The notes under the pieces: generated by a model
Databases searched by the model: none
What the model was told of the DNA's origin: nothing
The model's input: the letters and a program-made list of their open reading frames with translations, nothing else
Translations under genes and position numbers: made by a program
In this document: positions 1 through 9,291 of the stretch, piece after piece
Numbering within the stretch: position 1 is the first letter of the stretch
Layout of the letters: the number at the start of each line of letters is the position of its first letter
Assembly: GCA_040381975.1 (NCBI GenBank)
Contig: JBEIGI010000008.1
Span: 33,679-97,678 of the forward strand
DNA: 64,000 nt
Reading direction: 5' to 3'
Origin: Pirellula sp.
Lineage (GTDB): Bacteria > Planctomycetota > Planctomycetia > Pirellulales > Pirellulaceae

Positions 1-1
1 T

Positions 2-1357
2 GCCCCAATACCCACTGAAGACTCCGTGGCATCTGGCGGTCTAGGGACATTGCCTCATTTTGCTCCTAAAGCAAAACGGGTGATCTATCTGCATATGGTC
101 GGAGGTCCTTCGCAGATGGATATCTACGACTACAAACCACAGATGAACGAGTGGTACGACAAGGATCTTCCCGAGACAGTACGAAATGGCCAGCGTTTAA
201 CAACGATGACCAGCGGACAGGCCCGTTTTCCGATCGCTCCGTCGATGTACAAATTCGCTCAGCATGGCAAGTGTGGCATGTGGGTGACAGAACTCCTGCC
301 CGAGACAGCCAAGGTCGTCGACGACCTTGGCTTCGTCAGGTCAATGCACACCGAGGCGATCAACCATGAACCTGCGATCACTTACATGCAGACTGGCAAC
401 ATGGTCACCGGTCGGCCCTGCATGGGTGCTTGGTTGTCCTACGGGTTAGGATCGATGAACAGCAACCTTCCGACCTTCGTGGTGCTTGTAGCAAATCCGA
501 CCAATACCGAGCAAATACAAGCGATCTCGGCGAGGCTTTGGTCGTCGGGTTGTTTGCCAGGGGAGCATGGAGGCTGTTGCTTCCGATCCGTTGGGGATCC
601 TATTCTGTATATCAACAATCCCTCCGGAGTTCCTACGGACATTCGCCGCAAGACCCTCGACGGACTCAAATCACTCAACGAAATGAATTTTCGAGCTGTC
701 GGCGATCCAGAGATTCACACTCGGATCCAGCAGTACGAACTCGCATTCCGTATGCAATCGAGCGTACCGGACTTGACCAACATCGCCGACGAACCCGAAA
801 GCACGATGGAGCTTTATGGTCAGGATGCGAAGAAGCCCGGTTCGTTCGCCAACTCTGTACTTTTGGCTCGAAGAATGATCGAACGAGACGTTCGGTTCGT
901 GCAAATCTATCTGAACAATTGGGATCACCATGGAAACGTCGCCAAGCGACTACCCTCGCAGTGCAAAGACATTGACCGAGCGACCTATGGTCTGATCACC
1001 GATCTAAAGAGCCGAGGACTCCTGGATTCAACTTTGGTCATTTGGGGTGGCGAATTCGGTCGAACCATCTATTCCCAGGGTGGACTGAGCAAAGACAATT
1101 ACGGTCGCGATCACCATCCGCGTTGCTTTACCATGTGGATGGCAGGAGGTGGAATCAAGGGTGGAACGATCTATGGTGAAACCGATGATTTTTCCTATAA
1201 CATCGTAAAGGATCCAGTTCATATTCGAGATTTCCACGCGACAGCCCTTCATCTTCTAGGAATCGACCATGAACGATTCACCTTCAAGAATCAAGGTCTT
1301 GATCTGAGGCTTACGGGTGTCGAAGAGGCTCGGGTCATCAAAGAACTCTTGGCTTAG
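2..1357 (+). CDS. DUF1501 domain-containing protein (sulfatase-fold family), 5' end cut by the window edge
   Basis: The frame is open back to position 2, and the ORF-track start at 26 is an internal GTG. The segment '[29 protein letters not shown]' and the C-terminal '[21 protein letters not shown]...[19 protein letters not shown]' are typical of DUF1501. The expected N-terminal Tat signal is missing, so the gene is truncated upstream. Confidence 0.8.
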   Translation, partial: APIPTEDSVASGGLGTLPHFAPKAKRVIYLHMVGGPSQMDIYDYKPQMNEWYDKDLPETVRNGQRLTTMTSGQARFPIAPSMYKFAQHGKCGMWVTELLPETAKVVDDLGFVRSMHTEAINHEPAITYMQTGNMVTGRPCMGAWLSYGLGSMNSNLPTFVVLVANPTNTEQIQAISARLWSSGCLPGEHGGCCFRSVGDPILYINNPSGVPTDIRRKTLDGLKSLNEMNFRAVGDPEIHTRIQQYELAFRMQSSVPDLTNIADEPESTMELYGQDAKKPGSFANSVLLARRMIERDVRFVQIYLNNWDHHGNVAKRLPSQCKDIDRATYGLITDLKSRGLLDSTLVIWGGEFGRTIYSQGGLSKDNYGRDHHPRCFTMWMAGGGIKGGTIYGETDDFSYNIVKDPVHIRDFHATALHLLGIDHERFTFKNQGLDLRLTGVEEARVIKELLA

Positions 1358-1358
1358 G

Positions 1359-3824
1359 ATGATGCAAGCCATGAGGGCGTTAGGCTTGCGAATTCTGACG
1401 ATCGGTTTGTGGATTGGAACACTTATCCACGCGATGGCTCAAGAGCCTTCGCAAAAGCTGGATTTTTTCGAGAGCAAGATCCGACCTGTTTTGGTCGAGC
1501 GATGCTACGAATGCCATTCTGCTTCCGCAAGTATTTTACAAGGGAATCTCAGCCTCGAAACTCGCCAAGGGATCCTCGACGGAGGCGACTCTGGGCCCGC
1601 TGTGGTGCTAGGTAAACCTCATGAGAGCCTCTTGATCCGAGTCCTTCGAGATCAAGAGCCCAAGATGCCTCCTGACGGCAACTTGCCCGAAGGAATCGTC
1701 AGAGATTTTGAACGATGGATCGAGGAAGGACTAGTTGACACGAGAGATTCCGTTCCTGAAACAGCAAAAGGCATCAAAAAAAACTGGATCGATCCGGCAA
1801 TCGCTCAAAACCACTGGGCCTTTAAATCAATCAGCGAACATACCACTCCTGCCAATAGCCAGTGGGATATACCTAAAGTCATTCACCACAGATCGATCGA
1901 TGCCTATGTGCAAACGAAACTCAAAGCCAAAGGATGGGAGCCTGCGCCACAAGCAGAGCCTCTGGTAGTGCTTCGACGCATTACGCTTGGACTCACTGGA
2001 CTCCCTCCTAGCATCGAGGAAATAGAGACGTATTTAGCTGACCCAGAAGATTTGCGAGATGAAAAACTGATCGATCGATTGCTTGCAAGTCCTCAGTATG
2101 GAGTGCGATGGGGAAGGCATTGGCTAGACCTAGTACGTTACGCAAACAGCAATGGTGCCGATGAAAACCACGATATGCCCAACGCTTGGCGATTCAGGGA
2201 TTGGGTGGTCGATGCTTTGAATGAAGACCTCGCTTTCGATGAGTTTGTAACACATCAAATCGCGGGGGATCTACTACCTGCTCCCGAGGACGAGTCGGCT
2301 CGCAATCGACTCATCACTGCGACGGGGTTTTGGGTCTTGGGCCCAAAGATGCTTGCCGAGCAAGACAAAGAGAAGATGAAGATCGACATCGTCGATGAAC
2401 AAATCGACACTTTTTCCAGAACCATGCTAGGAATTACGCTCGCGTGCGCTAGGTGCCACGATCACAAATTTGACCCTTTCTCCCAACGGGATTACTACGC
2501 CATGGCCGGGATCTTCATGAGCACACGAACCATGGCCGATCAGGCGTTCGTAAGCCAATGGATGGAACGTCCCTTAATCACACAAACAAGAGAAGCACAA
2601 CGAGCCGAGTATCAGAAAAAGATCGATCAGGCGATTGATTCAAGCAAGATTCTTATAAAAGAAGCCCACGAGCAATTGCTCGCCGAAGGAAAGCTTGAGA
2701 AACTCCCTGACGATCCATCGGTACGTTTAAAAGATGGGCCATACAGCGAAGAAGTTAAAAAAAAGCTCGATCAATCTTCCAAAGAAATCGAAGAACTTCA
2801 AAAGGGTAAACCCGAGTTCGATCGGGCGATGGCCGTCGAGGAGCAAACGGCAGTCGAACTTCCCGTTCACTTACGTGGTAATCACCTCAAGCCCAGCGAT
2901 GAGAAGATCCCTCGAGGAATCCCAGTCGTGCTAACGAATTCCATCGGCATCGACACCATTGAGCCAAATCAAAGTGGGCGAATGCAATTGGCACGCTGGT
3001 TGACTCATCCTTCGAACCCCTTGTTCGCTCGCGTGATGGTCAACCGGGTTTGGATGTGGCATTTTGGACATCCGTTAGTAGGGTCACCTTCGAACTTTGG
3101 ATTGAAAGGAGAGCAGCCAACCCATCAAGATCTTTTGGACGATCTGGCAAATCGTTGGATCGAACATGGCTGGTCTCTCAAATGGTTGCATCGTGAGATC
3201 CTATTATCGGCAACCTACCGACGCGCGAGCCGCTACGAGGCGTATGCACAAGAGGACCCTGAGAATCGACTTTTGTGGAGGCAGAATCGCAAACGGCTCG
3301 AGATGGAACCCATACGCGACACACTCCTTGCATGTGCCGATAGGCTTGACGATCGCTTAGCACAGGGCGTGCATGGGGTGGAAAGTGCCAAGCGAAGCAT
3401 TTACCTGAATATCAATCGAGCGGCCTTGAACGACAATTTTGCCATTTTTGATTATGTGGATCCTGCAAGCCATATCGAGCAGCGACCCGTAACGAGTGTG
3501 CCGAGTCAGTCGCTTTTCTTTTTGAATAACGAACTAGTTTGGAAGTCATCCGAGAAACTAGGATCCGATCTAGCTGATCTTTCGCAGGACGAAAACCAAG
3601 CGATTTTCATGGCCTTCAAACGCGTACTTGGACGCGAACCATCTACGGGCGAACTCGATCGGTCTAAAACCTTCTTGGCTCAGGCGACCGAGTTTTGGAG
3701 TATTGAAATCAAGTCTACCGACGGCATAGATCCGCAGTCGTACAGCAAGACGATTCGATCCAAGGCCCTAGGGAGTCTGGTTCACAGTCTTTTCTCGCTT
3801 CGCGAATTCATTTGGGTGGAGTAG
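1359..3824 (+). CDS. PSCyt/DUF1549/DUF1553 protein (Planctomycete cytochrome-c-motif family)
   Basis: Signal peptide 'MMQAMRALGLRILTIGLWIGTLIHAMAQ' from the ATG at 1359. Heme-type CxxCH motif 'CYECH'. DUF1549-like 'IDAYVQTKLKAKGWEPAP...LLRRITLGLTGLPPS'. DUF1553-like 'ACARCHDHKFDP'. The ORF-track start at 1317 overlaps the upstream gene and precedes the signal peptide. Confidence 0.8.
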   Translation: MMQAMRALGLRILTIGLWIGTLIHAMAQEPSQKLDFFESKIRPVLVERCYECHSASASILQGNLSLETRQGILDGGDSGPAVVLGKPHESLLIRVLRDQEPKMPPDGNLPEGIVRDFERWIEEGLVDTRDSVPETAKGIKKNWIDPAIAQNHWAFKSISEHTTPANSQWDIPKVIHHRSIDAYVQTKLKAKGWEPAPQAEPLVVLRRITLGLTGLPPSIEEIETYLADPEDLRDEKLIDRLLASPQYGVRWGRHWLDLVRYANSNGADENHDMPNAWRFRDWVVDALNEDLAFDEFVTHQIAGDLLPAPEDESARNRLITATGFWVLGPKMLAEQDKEKMKIDIVDEQIDTFSRTMLGITLACARCHDHKFDPFSQRDYYAMAGIFMSTRTMADQAFVSQWMERPLITQTREAQRAEYQKKIDQAIDSSKILIKEAHEQLLAEGKLEKLPDDPSVRLKDGPYSEEVKKKLDQSSKEIEELQKGKPEFDRAMAVEEQTAVELPVHLRGNHLKPSDEKIPRGIPVVLTNSIGIDTIEPNQSGRMQLARWLTHPSNPLFARVMVNRVWMWHFGHPLVGSPSNFGLKGEQPTHQDLLDDLANRWIEHGWSLKWLHREILLSATYRRASRYEAYAQEDPENRLLWRQNRKRLEMEPIRDTLLACADRLDDRLAQGVHGVESAKRSIYLNINRAALNDNFAIFDYVDPASHIEQRPVTSVPSQSLFFLNNELVWKSSEKLGSDLADLSQDENQAIFMAFKRVLGREPSTGELDRSKTFLAQATEFWSIEIKSTDGIDPQSYSKTIRSKALGSLVHSLFSLREFIWVE

Positions 3825-3827
3825 AGG

Positions 3828-5204
3828 ATGAAACGGCGAAGTTGGCTCAAGGGAATCTGTCGGGGGCTCAGTGGGCTGGCGATTGCCGATTTACTCGCCC
3901 GAGAGATTGACAACTCGTGTCATGGTGCCATTGAGGATCAGGGATTAACCCCTGGATGCCACTTTCCACCGCGAGTCAAGCGAGTCATCCTTGTATTTAT
4001 GCACGGAGGACCCTCGCATGTGGATACCTTCGACTACAAACCTGAGCTCATACGATTGCACGGTCAACCTCTTCCGATAGCTAAACCAAGAATTCAGTTT
4101 GCTCAGACAGGGAATCTGCTCAAGAGCCCTTGGGAGTTCAAGCAGTACGGGGAGTCGGGGGCGTGGGTTAGCGACCTGTTTCCAAATGTTGCCAAGCATG
4201 TCGATCGACTGACGTTTATCAAATCGCTACATGGATCCAACGAGGCGCACGGTGGAGCGTTGCTCAAGATCCACACTGGTACCGATACGTTTGTTCGCCC
4301 GAGCTTGGGGGCTTGGGTCAGCTATGGTCTGGGAACTCAAAATACGAATCTGCCGAGTTTCATCACCATCAATCCTACATTGGGTCACGGTGGGGTAAGG
4401 AATTTCGGTTCAGCATTTTTACCCCCAAATCATCAAGGGACCAGGATCGCTGTTTCTGGGAAAGATGCCAGGATAGAGAACCTTGTACCCAAGTACTCCG
4501 ATCCACTGCAAAGATTACAACTCGACTATGTGCGGGATCTAGAACAACTGGGTCCAAGCAGCACGTTGGCTCAAGCACTCGATGCCAAAGAGAAAACCTA
4601 CGAACTGGCGTATCGAATGCAAAGCGAAGCGCTTGGTCGATTTCAAATCGATAGCGAGACCCAGGAGACTCTCAATCTCTACGGGATCGATGGCGGGCCG
4701 ACCGATGGATTCGGTAGGCAATGTCTATTGGCAAGAAGATTGAGCGAAGCGGGCGTCAGGTTCGTGCAGGTATCCCACGCATACTGGGATCAGCATGCGG
4801 AGCTCAAAGAGAAGCATGCGGAGTTAGCAACTCAGGTAGATCGACCGATTGCGGGTTTAATCGAGGACCTCCATCGCCGAAGCTTGCTAAGCGAAACCCT
4901 CCTGATATGGGGAGGGGAGTTTGGCCGAACACCCACAGCGCAAGGTGACAACGGTCGAGATCACAACCCCCATGCGTTCACCTGGTGGATGTGTGGGCCG
5001 GGGATCAAGCCAGGGTTTTCGTGGGGGCAATCGGACGACTTTGGTTTTTATGCCCAGCAGGACAAGGTGCATGTCCATGATTTGCATGCGACTCTGTTGC
5101 ATTTGCTCGGGATCGATCACGAGAAATTAACCTTCCGTTATGGAGGACGCGATTTCCGGCTTACAGATATCCACGGTCGCGTGGTTAAAGAATTGCTGAG
5201 CTGA
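3828..5204 (+). CDS. DUF1501 domain-containing protein with a Tat-like signal
   Basis: 'MKRRSWLKGICRGLSGLAIADLLA', 'PRVKRVILVFMHGGPSHVDTFDYKP' and 'GRDHNPHAFTWWMCGPGIKPG...[19 protein letters not shown]'. Paralogous to the first gene. Starts 3 nt after the DUF1553 gene. Confidence 0.85.
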   Translation: MKRRSWLKGICRGLSGLAIADLLAREIDNSCHGAIEDQGLTPGCHFPPRVKRVILVFMHGGPSHVDTFDYKPELIRLHGQPLPIAKPRIQFAQTGNLLKSPWEFKQYGESGAWVSDLFPNVAKHVDRLTFIKSLHGSNEAHGGALLKIHTGTDTFVRPSLGAWVSYGLGTQNTNLPSFITINPTLGHGGVRNFGSAFLPPNHQGTRIAVSGKDARIENLVPKYSDPLQRLQLDYVRDLEQLGPSSTLAQALDAKEKTYELAYRMQSEALGRFQIDSETQETLNLYGIDGGPTDGFGRQCLLARRLSEAGVRFVQVSHAYWDQHAELKEKHAELATQVDRPIAGLIEDLHRRSLLSETLLIWGGEFGRTPTAQGDNGRDHNPHAFTWWMCGPGIKPGFSWGQSDDFGFYAQQDKVHVHDLHATLLHLLGIDHEKLTFRYGGRDFRLTDIHGRVVKELLS

Positions 5205-5281
5205 TGTGTTATAATGGGGGAATTATCCACCAAGGGTTTTTCATTGTTGATATTTCAAAGACCAAAAGGGCAAAAAGCACC

Positions 5282-6271
5282 ATGGATCGTCGACGATTTT
5301 TGGCAGTCGGTACCGCAGCACCTGTAGTGGCGATGTCACTTGATGTTTCGAGTTTGATTGCAGGAGAGACATTCACAAGTATCGAGGCTGCTGGAGATCT
5401 CTACCGCCTACAGGGGGAATACCTTGGTGTCGTCGGAACGCTCGATGGGACTTGGGGCGCTCAGGTGATCGCTACCTCGGACAAGACACTCCAAGTGCAT
5501 CTATTGAAGGGTGGGTTGCCAGCAGATGGATTCAATTCCAAAGAACCTACGCGTGTGTGCAAGGTCGATCGGGTAGAGAGCTCCTTGGCCAAAGGCAAAG
5601 AAGGGGATTACAGCGTCAGTATTGATGGCAAGACGTTGACGGTGACTGATGGCGAAGGAAAGAAACTCGGTGAGTTGACCAAGGTGATCCGAGAGAGCAA
5701 GACGCTCGGGAGCGAACCACCCAAGGGAGCGTTGGTACTCTTTGATGGAAGTAGCCCCGAAAAGTTTGAGGGCGGGAAGCTTGTCGACGGAAAATATCTT
5801 GGAGTCGGTTGCAAGTCCAAGGAAGCCTTCGGAGATCATCGATTGCACTTGGAATTTCGCACGCCGTTTCAGCCTGGTGATTCGGGTCAGGGTCGTGGAA
5901 ACAGTGGAGTGTATATCCAAGGCCGGTACGAATTGCAGGTGCTCGATTCTTTTGGCCTTCGAGGAGAGAACAACGAATGCGGTGGAATCTATCAGATCGC
6001 TAGTCCCAAACTCAACATGTGCTATCCGCCGCTGAGTTGGCAGACCTATGACATCGATTTTAAGGCGGCAAAGTTCGATGCAGATGGCAAGAAAACCACC
6101 AATGCCAGGGTGACCATTCGGCACAATGGGGTTGTGATCCATGACGATTTGGAGTTCCCTCGGGGTACACCAGGAGGCGTCGGTGGTGAAGCACCTGAGC
6201 CTGGTCCGCTGTACCTTCAAGACCACTCCAACCCAGTGGTCTATCGGAATATTTGGATCTCGAAACCCTAA
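5282..6271 (+). CDS. DUF1080 (3-keto-disaccharide hydrolase family) protein with a Tat-type signal
   Basis: 'MDRRRFLAVGTAAP' at the ATG at 5282. C-terminal 'NSGVYIQGRYELQVLDSFG...NECGGIYQ...VYRNIWI' is the usual DUF1080 signature. Confidence 0.75.
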   Translation: MDRRRFLAVGTAAPVVAMSLDVSSLIAGETFTSIEAAGDLYRLQGEYLGVVGTLDGTWGAQVIATSDKTLQVHLLKGGLPADGFNSKEPTRVCKVDRVESSLAKGKEGDYSVSIDGKTLTVTDGEGKKLGELTKVIRESKTLGSEPPKGALVLFDGSSPEKFEGGKLVDGKYLGVGCKSKEAFGDHRLHLEFRTPFQPGDSGQGRGNSGVYIQGRYELQVLDSFGLRGENNECGGIYQIASPKLNMCYPPLSWQTYDIDFKAAKFDADGKKTTNARVTIRHNGVVIHDDLEFPRGTPGGVGGEAPEPGPLYLQDHSNPVVYRNIWISKP

Positions 6272-6411
6272 TAGAAACATCGGATCAGTCGATCTGCATC
6301 CAACAAACACGCGTTTTCTCTATTGCCCCCAAACTCCCATTTTTGGTATCAGCAAGGGCGGTTCTCTGATTTGCAAGAGAGCTTCCCCTGGTACCAATCC
6401 GGAGTTTACGC

Positions 6412-7863
6412 ATGCGAAAACCCAAACAAACCTCAATTCGTATTGCATCGCTGCTTGGACTGCTGGCTTTTTGCACTCCTTCAATCCTAGCGCAGAACTC
6501 GCTACCAACGATTCCCGGAGTTCCTCCTTCAGGCGGAACTGTTCCAGGAACCTCACCTGTTTTACCACCGTCTAGCTCCGGTTCGTCAAGCGAGCCGATC
6601 CCACGCGTCCCGAGCATCGAGGGACTTCAATCTCCGCCTAGTAGTATTCCATCAAATCCTGCGGCCAATCCAGTACCTTCAACGAGCCCCCCGGTCGGTT
6701 CGGCTAGTGATGTGCCCGCCGCTGCCCCTCCAAATAACCTCGGTGTCAAAGTCCATCAACGACTCGAACTGCCAAACGATGCCGGTCAGTACTGGGTCGA
6801 ATACGACCTGAAGCCCTATACGCAAGCATTGAAGAATGTGGATCGGCCTCAGCAAGCGGTCATCGACTGGATTATTCGCGAGACAGGAAGCGATCTTTGG
6901 TTTCAAGAACCGGTTGGAATCCTCACCGCCGACCGTAGCACCTTACGTGTCTACCACAACGCGGGTATGCAAAAAGTAGTCGCACAGGTCTATGAGCGAT
7001 TTGTCAACGGAATCAATGAGCCTCAAGTCTACAGCTTACGCCTGATCACCATCGGAAATCCCAATTGGCGGTCCAAAGCTCTTCCGCTTATGCGTTCGGC
7101 TACTGCACGGTCTCCTGGCGTCTCGGCTTGGCTGATGCCTAAGGAAAACGGAGCCATTGTCATGGCTCAGCTTCGCCAACGCCAAGATGTGCGAGAAGTC
7201 CAATCGATTGACCTGAGAATGGTCCAAGGTCAAACGCAAGTGATCGAACAAATGAAACCTAGGAATTATCTCAGAGAATACAGTCCCAATACGACTTCGG
7301 CTTGGCCACCACTGACCCCGACTTATGGCGAAGTTCAAGAGGGATTCCGGATGGTCTTTAGCCCGTTGCTTAGTCTCGATGGCAACACGATGGACATGAT
7401 GCTCAAATGCAACGTGGATCAAGTTGAGAAGATGAATCCTGTGCCTCTTGAAGTTCCCGGTGCCGGGGGGGCTTATCAAGTCGAAGTTCCTCAAATGATC
7501 TCATGGAATCTCGCAGAGCGATTTCGATGGCCGACAGACCACTTGCTGATTCTCTCCTGTGGTGTGATCGCGCCACCGGTTGTCAACCAACAGAACACTC
7601 TCTTAACTGGAGGAGCTGCTGGTTTGTTTGGTATCAATCGAATCTTGCCAGATTTGACCTTTCAAAAACAGGACGCAATTTTGGTGATCGAATACCGAGG
7701 AGCAGCTTCGACGCAGCTTACCCCAGCATCTGTTGCAGGCTCCGCGGGTGCGGTTCCGAGTGTTCCTGGAGCCGGGCCACCAGGATCAACAATTCCAGGA
7801 GCGACCGCTGGAGCAATCGTTCCTGGAGTAGCTGGCGGTAATAGCCTTCGAGGACGTTATTAA
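6412..7863 (+). CDS. Secreted hypothetical protein with a P/S-rich N-terminus and a C-terminal half with a secretin-like strand pattern
   Basis: Clear signal peptide 'MRKPKQTSIRIASLLGLLAFCTPSILAQ', followed by a low-complexity Pro/Ser stretch. Later segments 'VQSIDLRMVQGQTQVIEQ', 'GFRMVFSPLLSLDGNTMDMMLKCNV', 'VEVPQMISWNLAERFRWPTDHLLILSCGVI' and 'GLFGINRILPDLTF..DAILVIEYRG' resemble the secretin C-domain pattern. This is a by-eye judgement only. Confidence 0.6.
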   Translation: MRKPKQTSIRIASLLGLLAFCTPSILAQNSLPTIPGVPPSGGTVPGTSPVLPPSSSGSSSEPIPRVPSIEGLQSPPSSIPSNPAANPVPSTSPPVGSASDVPAAAPPNNLGVKVHQRLELPNDAGQYWVEYDLKPYTQALKNVDRPQQAVIDWIIRETGSDLWFQEPVGILTADRSTLRVYHNAGMQKVVAQVYERFVNGINEPQVYSLRLITIGNPNWRSKALPLMRSATARSPGVSAWLMPKENGAIVMAQLRQRQDVREVQSIDLRMVQGQTQVIEQMKPRNYLREYSPNTTSAWPPLTPTYGEVQEGFRMVFSPLLSLDGNTMDMMLKCNVDQVEKMNPVPLEVPGAGGAYQVEVPQMISWNLAERFRWPTDHLLILSCGVIAPPVVNQQNTLLTGGAAGLFGINRILPDLTFQKQDAILVIEYRGAASTQLTPASVAGSAGAVPSVPGAGPPGSTIPGATAGAIVPGVAGGNSLRGRY

Positions 7864-7869
7864 TCCACT

Positions 7870-9291
7870 GTGAAACCAGAGCAACTTTGGCCATCGATTT
7901 TTTGGTCCAATTGGATTTCGATCGCCCTAGCTGCATGCTTGCTGTTTGCCGTAAACGCTTATTCGCTACTTCGATTTGACGGCAACGATTCACCTCCATT
8001 ACCGCATGGGGATGGACCAGATTACGAGTCGATTGCCTACAGCCTATCGGTGGGTTCCGGCTTTGAGTTCGCATGGGAGGATCCGCAGTGGCAAGCTCCT
8101 TACCGTACTTCCAACCAATCAGCACAGTACACTCAGTTGCAACGACGCGATTGGCCCGGCCCAACCACCTCGCGGCCCCCTGCCCTCCCCTTTCTTATCA
8201 GCCTAGTCTATCGATTGATGCCGCGAGGCCCGATCGCTTTTTCATGTGTACGTTGGCTCTCAGCATTAGCACTTACGATCGCAGGACTCTTGGCAATCTG
8301 GCTTGCCTTTGATTGGACTAAGCGAATTTTTCATGGCTCTGAAAAGCAAAACCATAGAGGCCTCTTGCTCTGTAGTGTTGCCTTCGGCGTGACGCTCGGA
8401 ATCGCAGTCATGGATCGAACCATCAAGACATTCATGCACGATTTTTTAACCGAACCTTGGGCATTGCTCGGAGTCACTGCCACGATTGTAGCTTTGTTGC
8501 AGTGGACAAAAGCCCCTGCCAAGTTGCTATGGATTATCACAGCAGGAGTCTTGTTAGGTGTGATCGTACTGTTTCGATCAATCTTTGTTTTCTGGTTACC
8601 CATCCTGGTACTTGGGATCGCGATTGTGAGTTACAAAACTCAAGTCAACCGGAATCGGTGGTGGTCGAGCATGTCTGTTTTTATTGCCGCTTTCTTGCTC
8701 GTTGTAACGCCTTGGTGGGGTCGCAATTGCATGCTGACCGGTAGGATCAGGCCCATGGGATCCCAGGGCGCAGCGAGTCTTCGTGGGGGGTATTGCGATG
8801 AGGCTTTGGCAGACTGGGGCAACTGGCATGCCGACGCAGAGATCGCCATGCAGGCCAAACTCGACGGCATCCCTGATTCCGAAAAATGGACGGCATCGCA
8901 GCGAGAAGTCGCCTTAGCCGATTTAGCCACCAAAGAAATCGGAGATTGGATCAAGTCGCACTGGAGGGATCTTCCAAGGCTCTGTGCGATGCGATTGGCC
9001 TCGCATTGGGGGCCTTGGCGATTAGATCATCTGCTCTGGAAATTCTCAGCTTTCGTGGGACTGATTTGGGTATGGCGCAGCTATCCTCGCCAGGGAATCA
9101 TCTTAGCTAGCATCTTTCTGGCCGACAGCTTAACAATCGCCTGCTTGTACGAGGCCGGTGGCCGGTTTTTGATCCCTTTGCATGCTGTTTTATATGCGTT
9201 GGCAGGGGTGGGCCTAGCAGGTTGTCTTGCGTTGCTTATGAAAAATCCTGTACACCTGCGGGATGAACGCCAGGAGCAATCGACAGGATGA
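7870..9291 (+). CDS. Polytopic membrane protein, GT-C / ArnT-PMT-like (GT39/GT83-type) glycosyltransferase
   Basis: GTG start 6 nt after the upstream stop. About 10 hydrophobic segments. The first loop, 'HGDGPDYESIAYSLSVGSGFEF', resembles the D-x-x-Y...G-x-G-F loop seen in COG1807-type glycosyltransferases. Confidence 0.5.
   Translation: MKPEQLWPSIFWSNWISIALAACLLFAVNAYSLLRFDGNDSPPLPHGDGPDYESIAYSLSVGSGFEFAWEDPQWQAPYRTSNQSAQYTQLQRRDWPGPTTSRPPALPFLISLVYRLMPRGPIAFSCVRWLSALALTIAGLLAIWLAFDWTKRIFHGSEKQNHRGLLLCSVAFGVTLGIAVMDRTIKTFMHDFLTEPWALLGVTATIVALLQWTKAPAKLLWIITAGVLLGVIVLFRSIFVFWLPILVLGIAIVSYKTQVNRNRWWSSMSVFIAAFLLVVTPWWGRNCMLTGRIRPMGSQGAASLRGGYCDEALADWGNWHADAEIAMQAKLDGIPDSEKWTASQREVALADLATKEIGDWIKSHWRDLPRLCAMRLASHWGPWRLDHLLWKFSAFVGLIWVWRSYPRQGIILASIFLADSLTIACLYEAGGRFLIPLHAVLYALAGVGLAGCLALLMKNPVHLRDERQEQSTG

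Noticed and set aside
5501-6310. Long antisense ORFs: 5501..6310 (269 aa), 29351..30364 (337 aa), 30640..31194, 31241..32320, 37645..38274 (209 aa), 45215..45787, 46841..47551 and 59396..60052
   Set aside because: Each lies wholly opposite a gene with clear family motifs. They lack recognisable motifs themselves and have Arg/Ser/Pro-rich compositions typical of shadow ORFs. 29351..30364 even spans an intergenic gap between two real genes.
6330-6400. Sigma-54-like sequence CGGTTCTCTGATTTGCA upstream of the 6412 operon
   Set aside because: The GG-to-GC spacing is one nucleotide too long, and the -24 element (GGTTC) deviates from TGGCAC. It is not distinguishable from chance.
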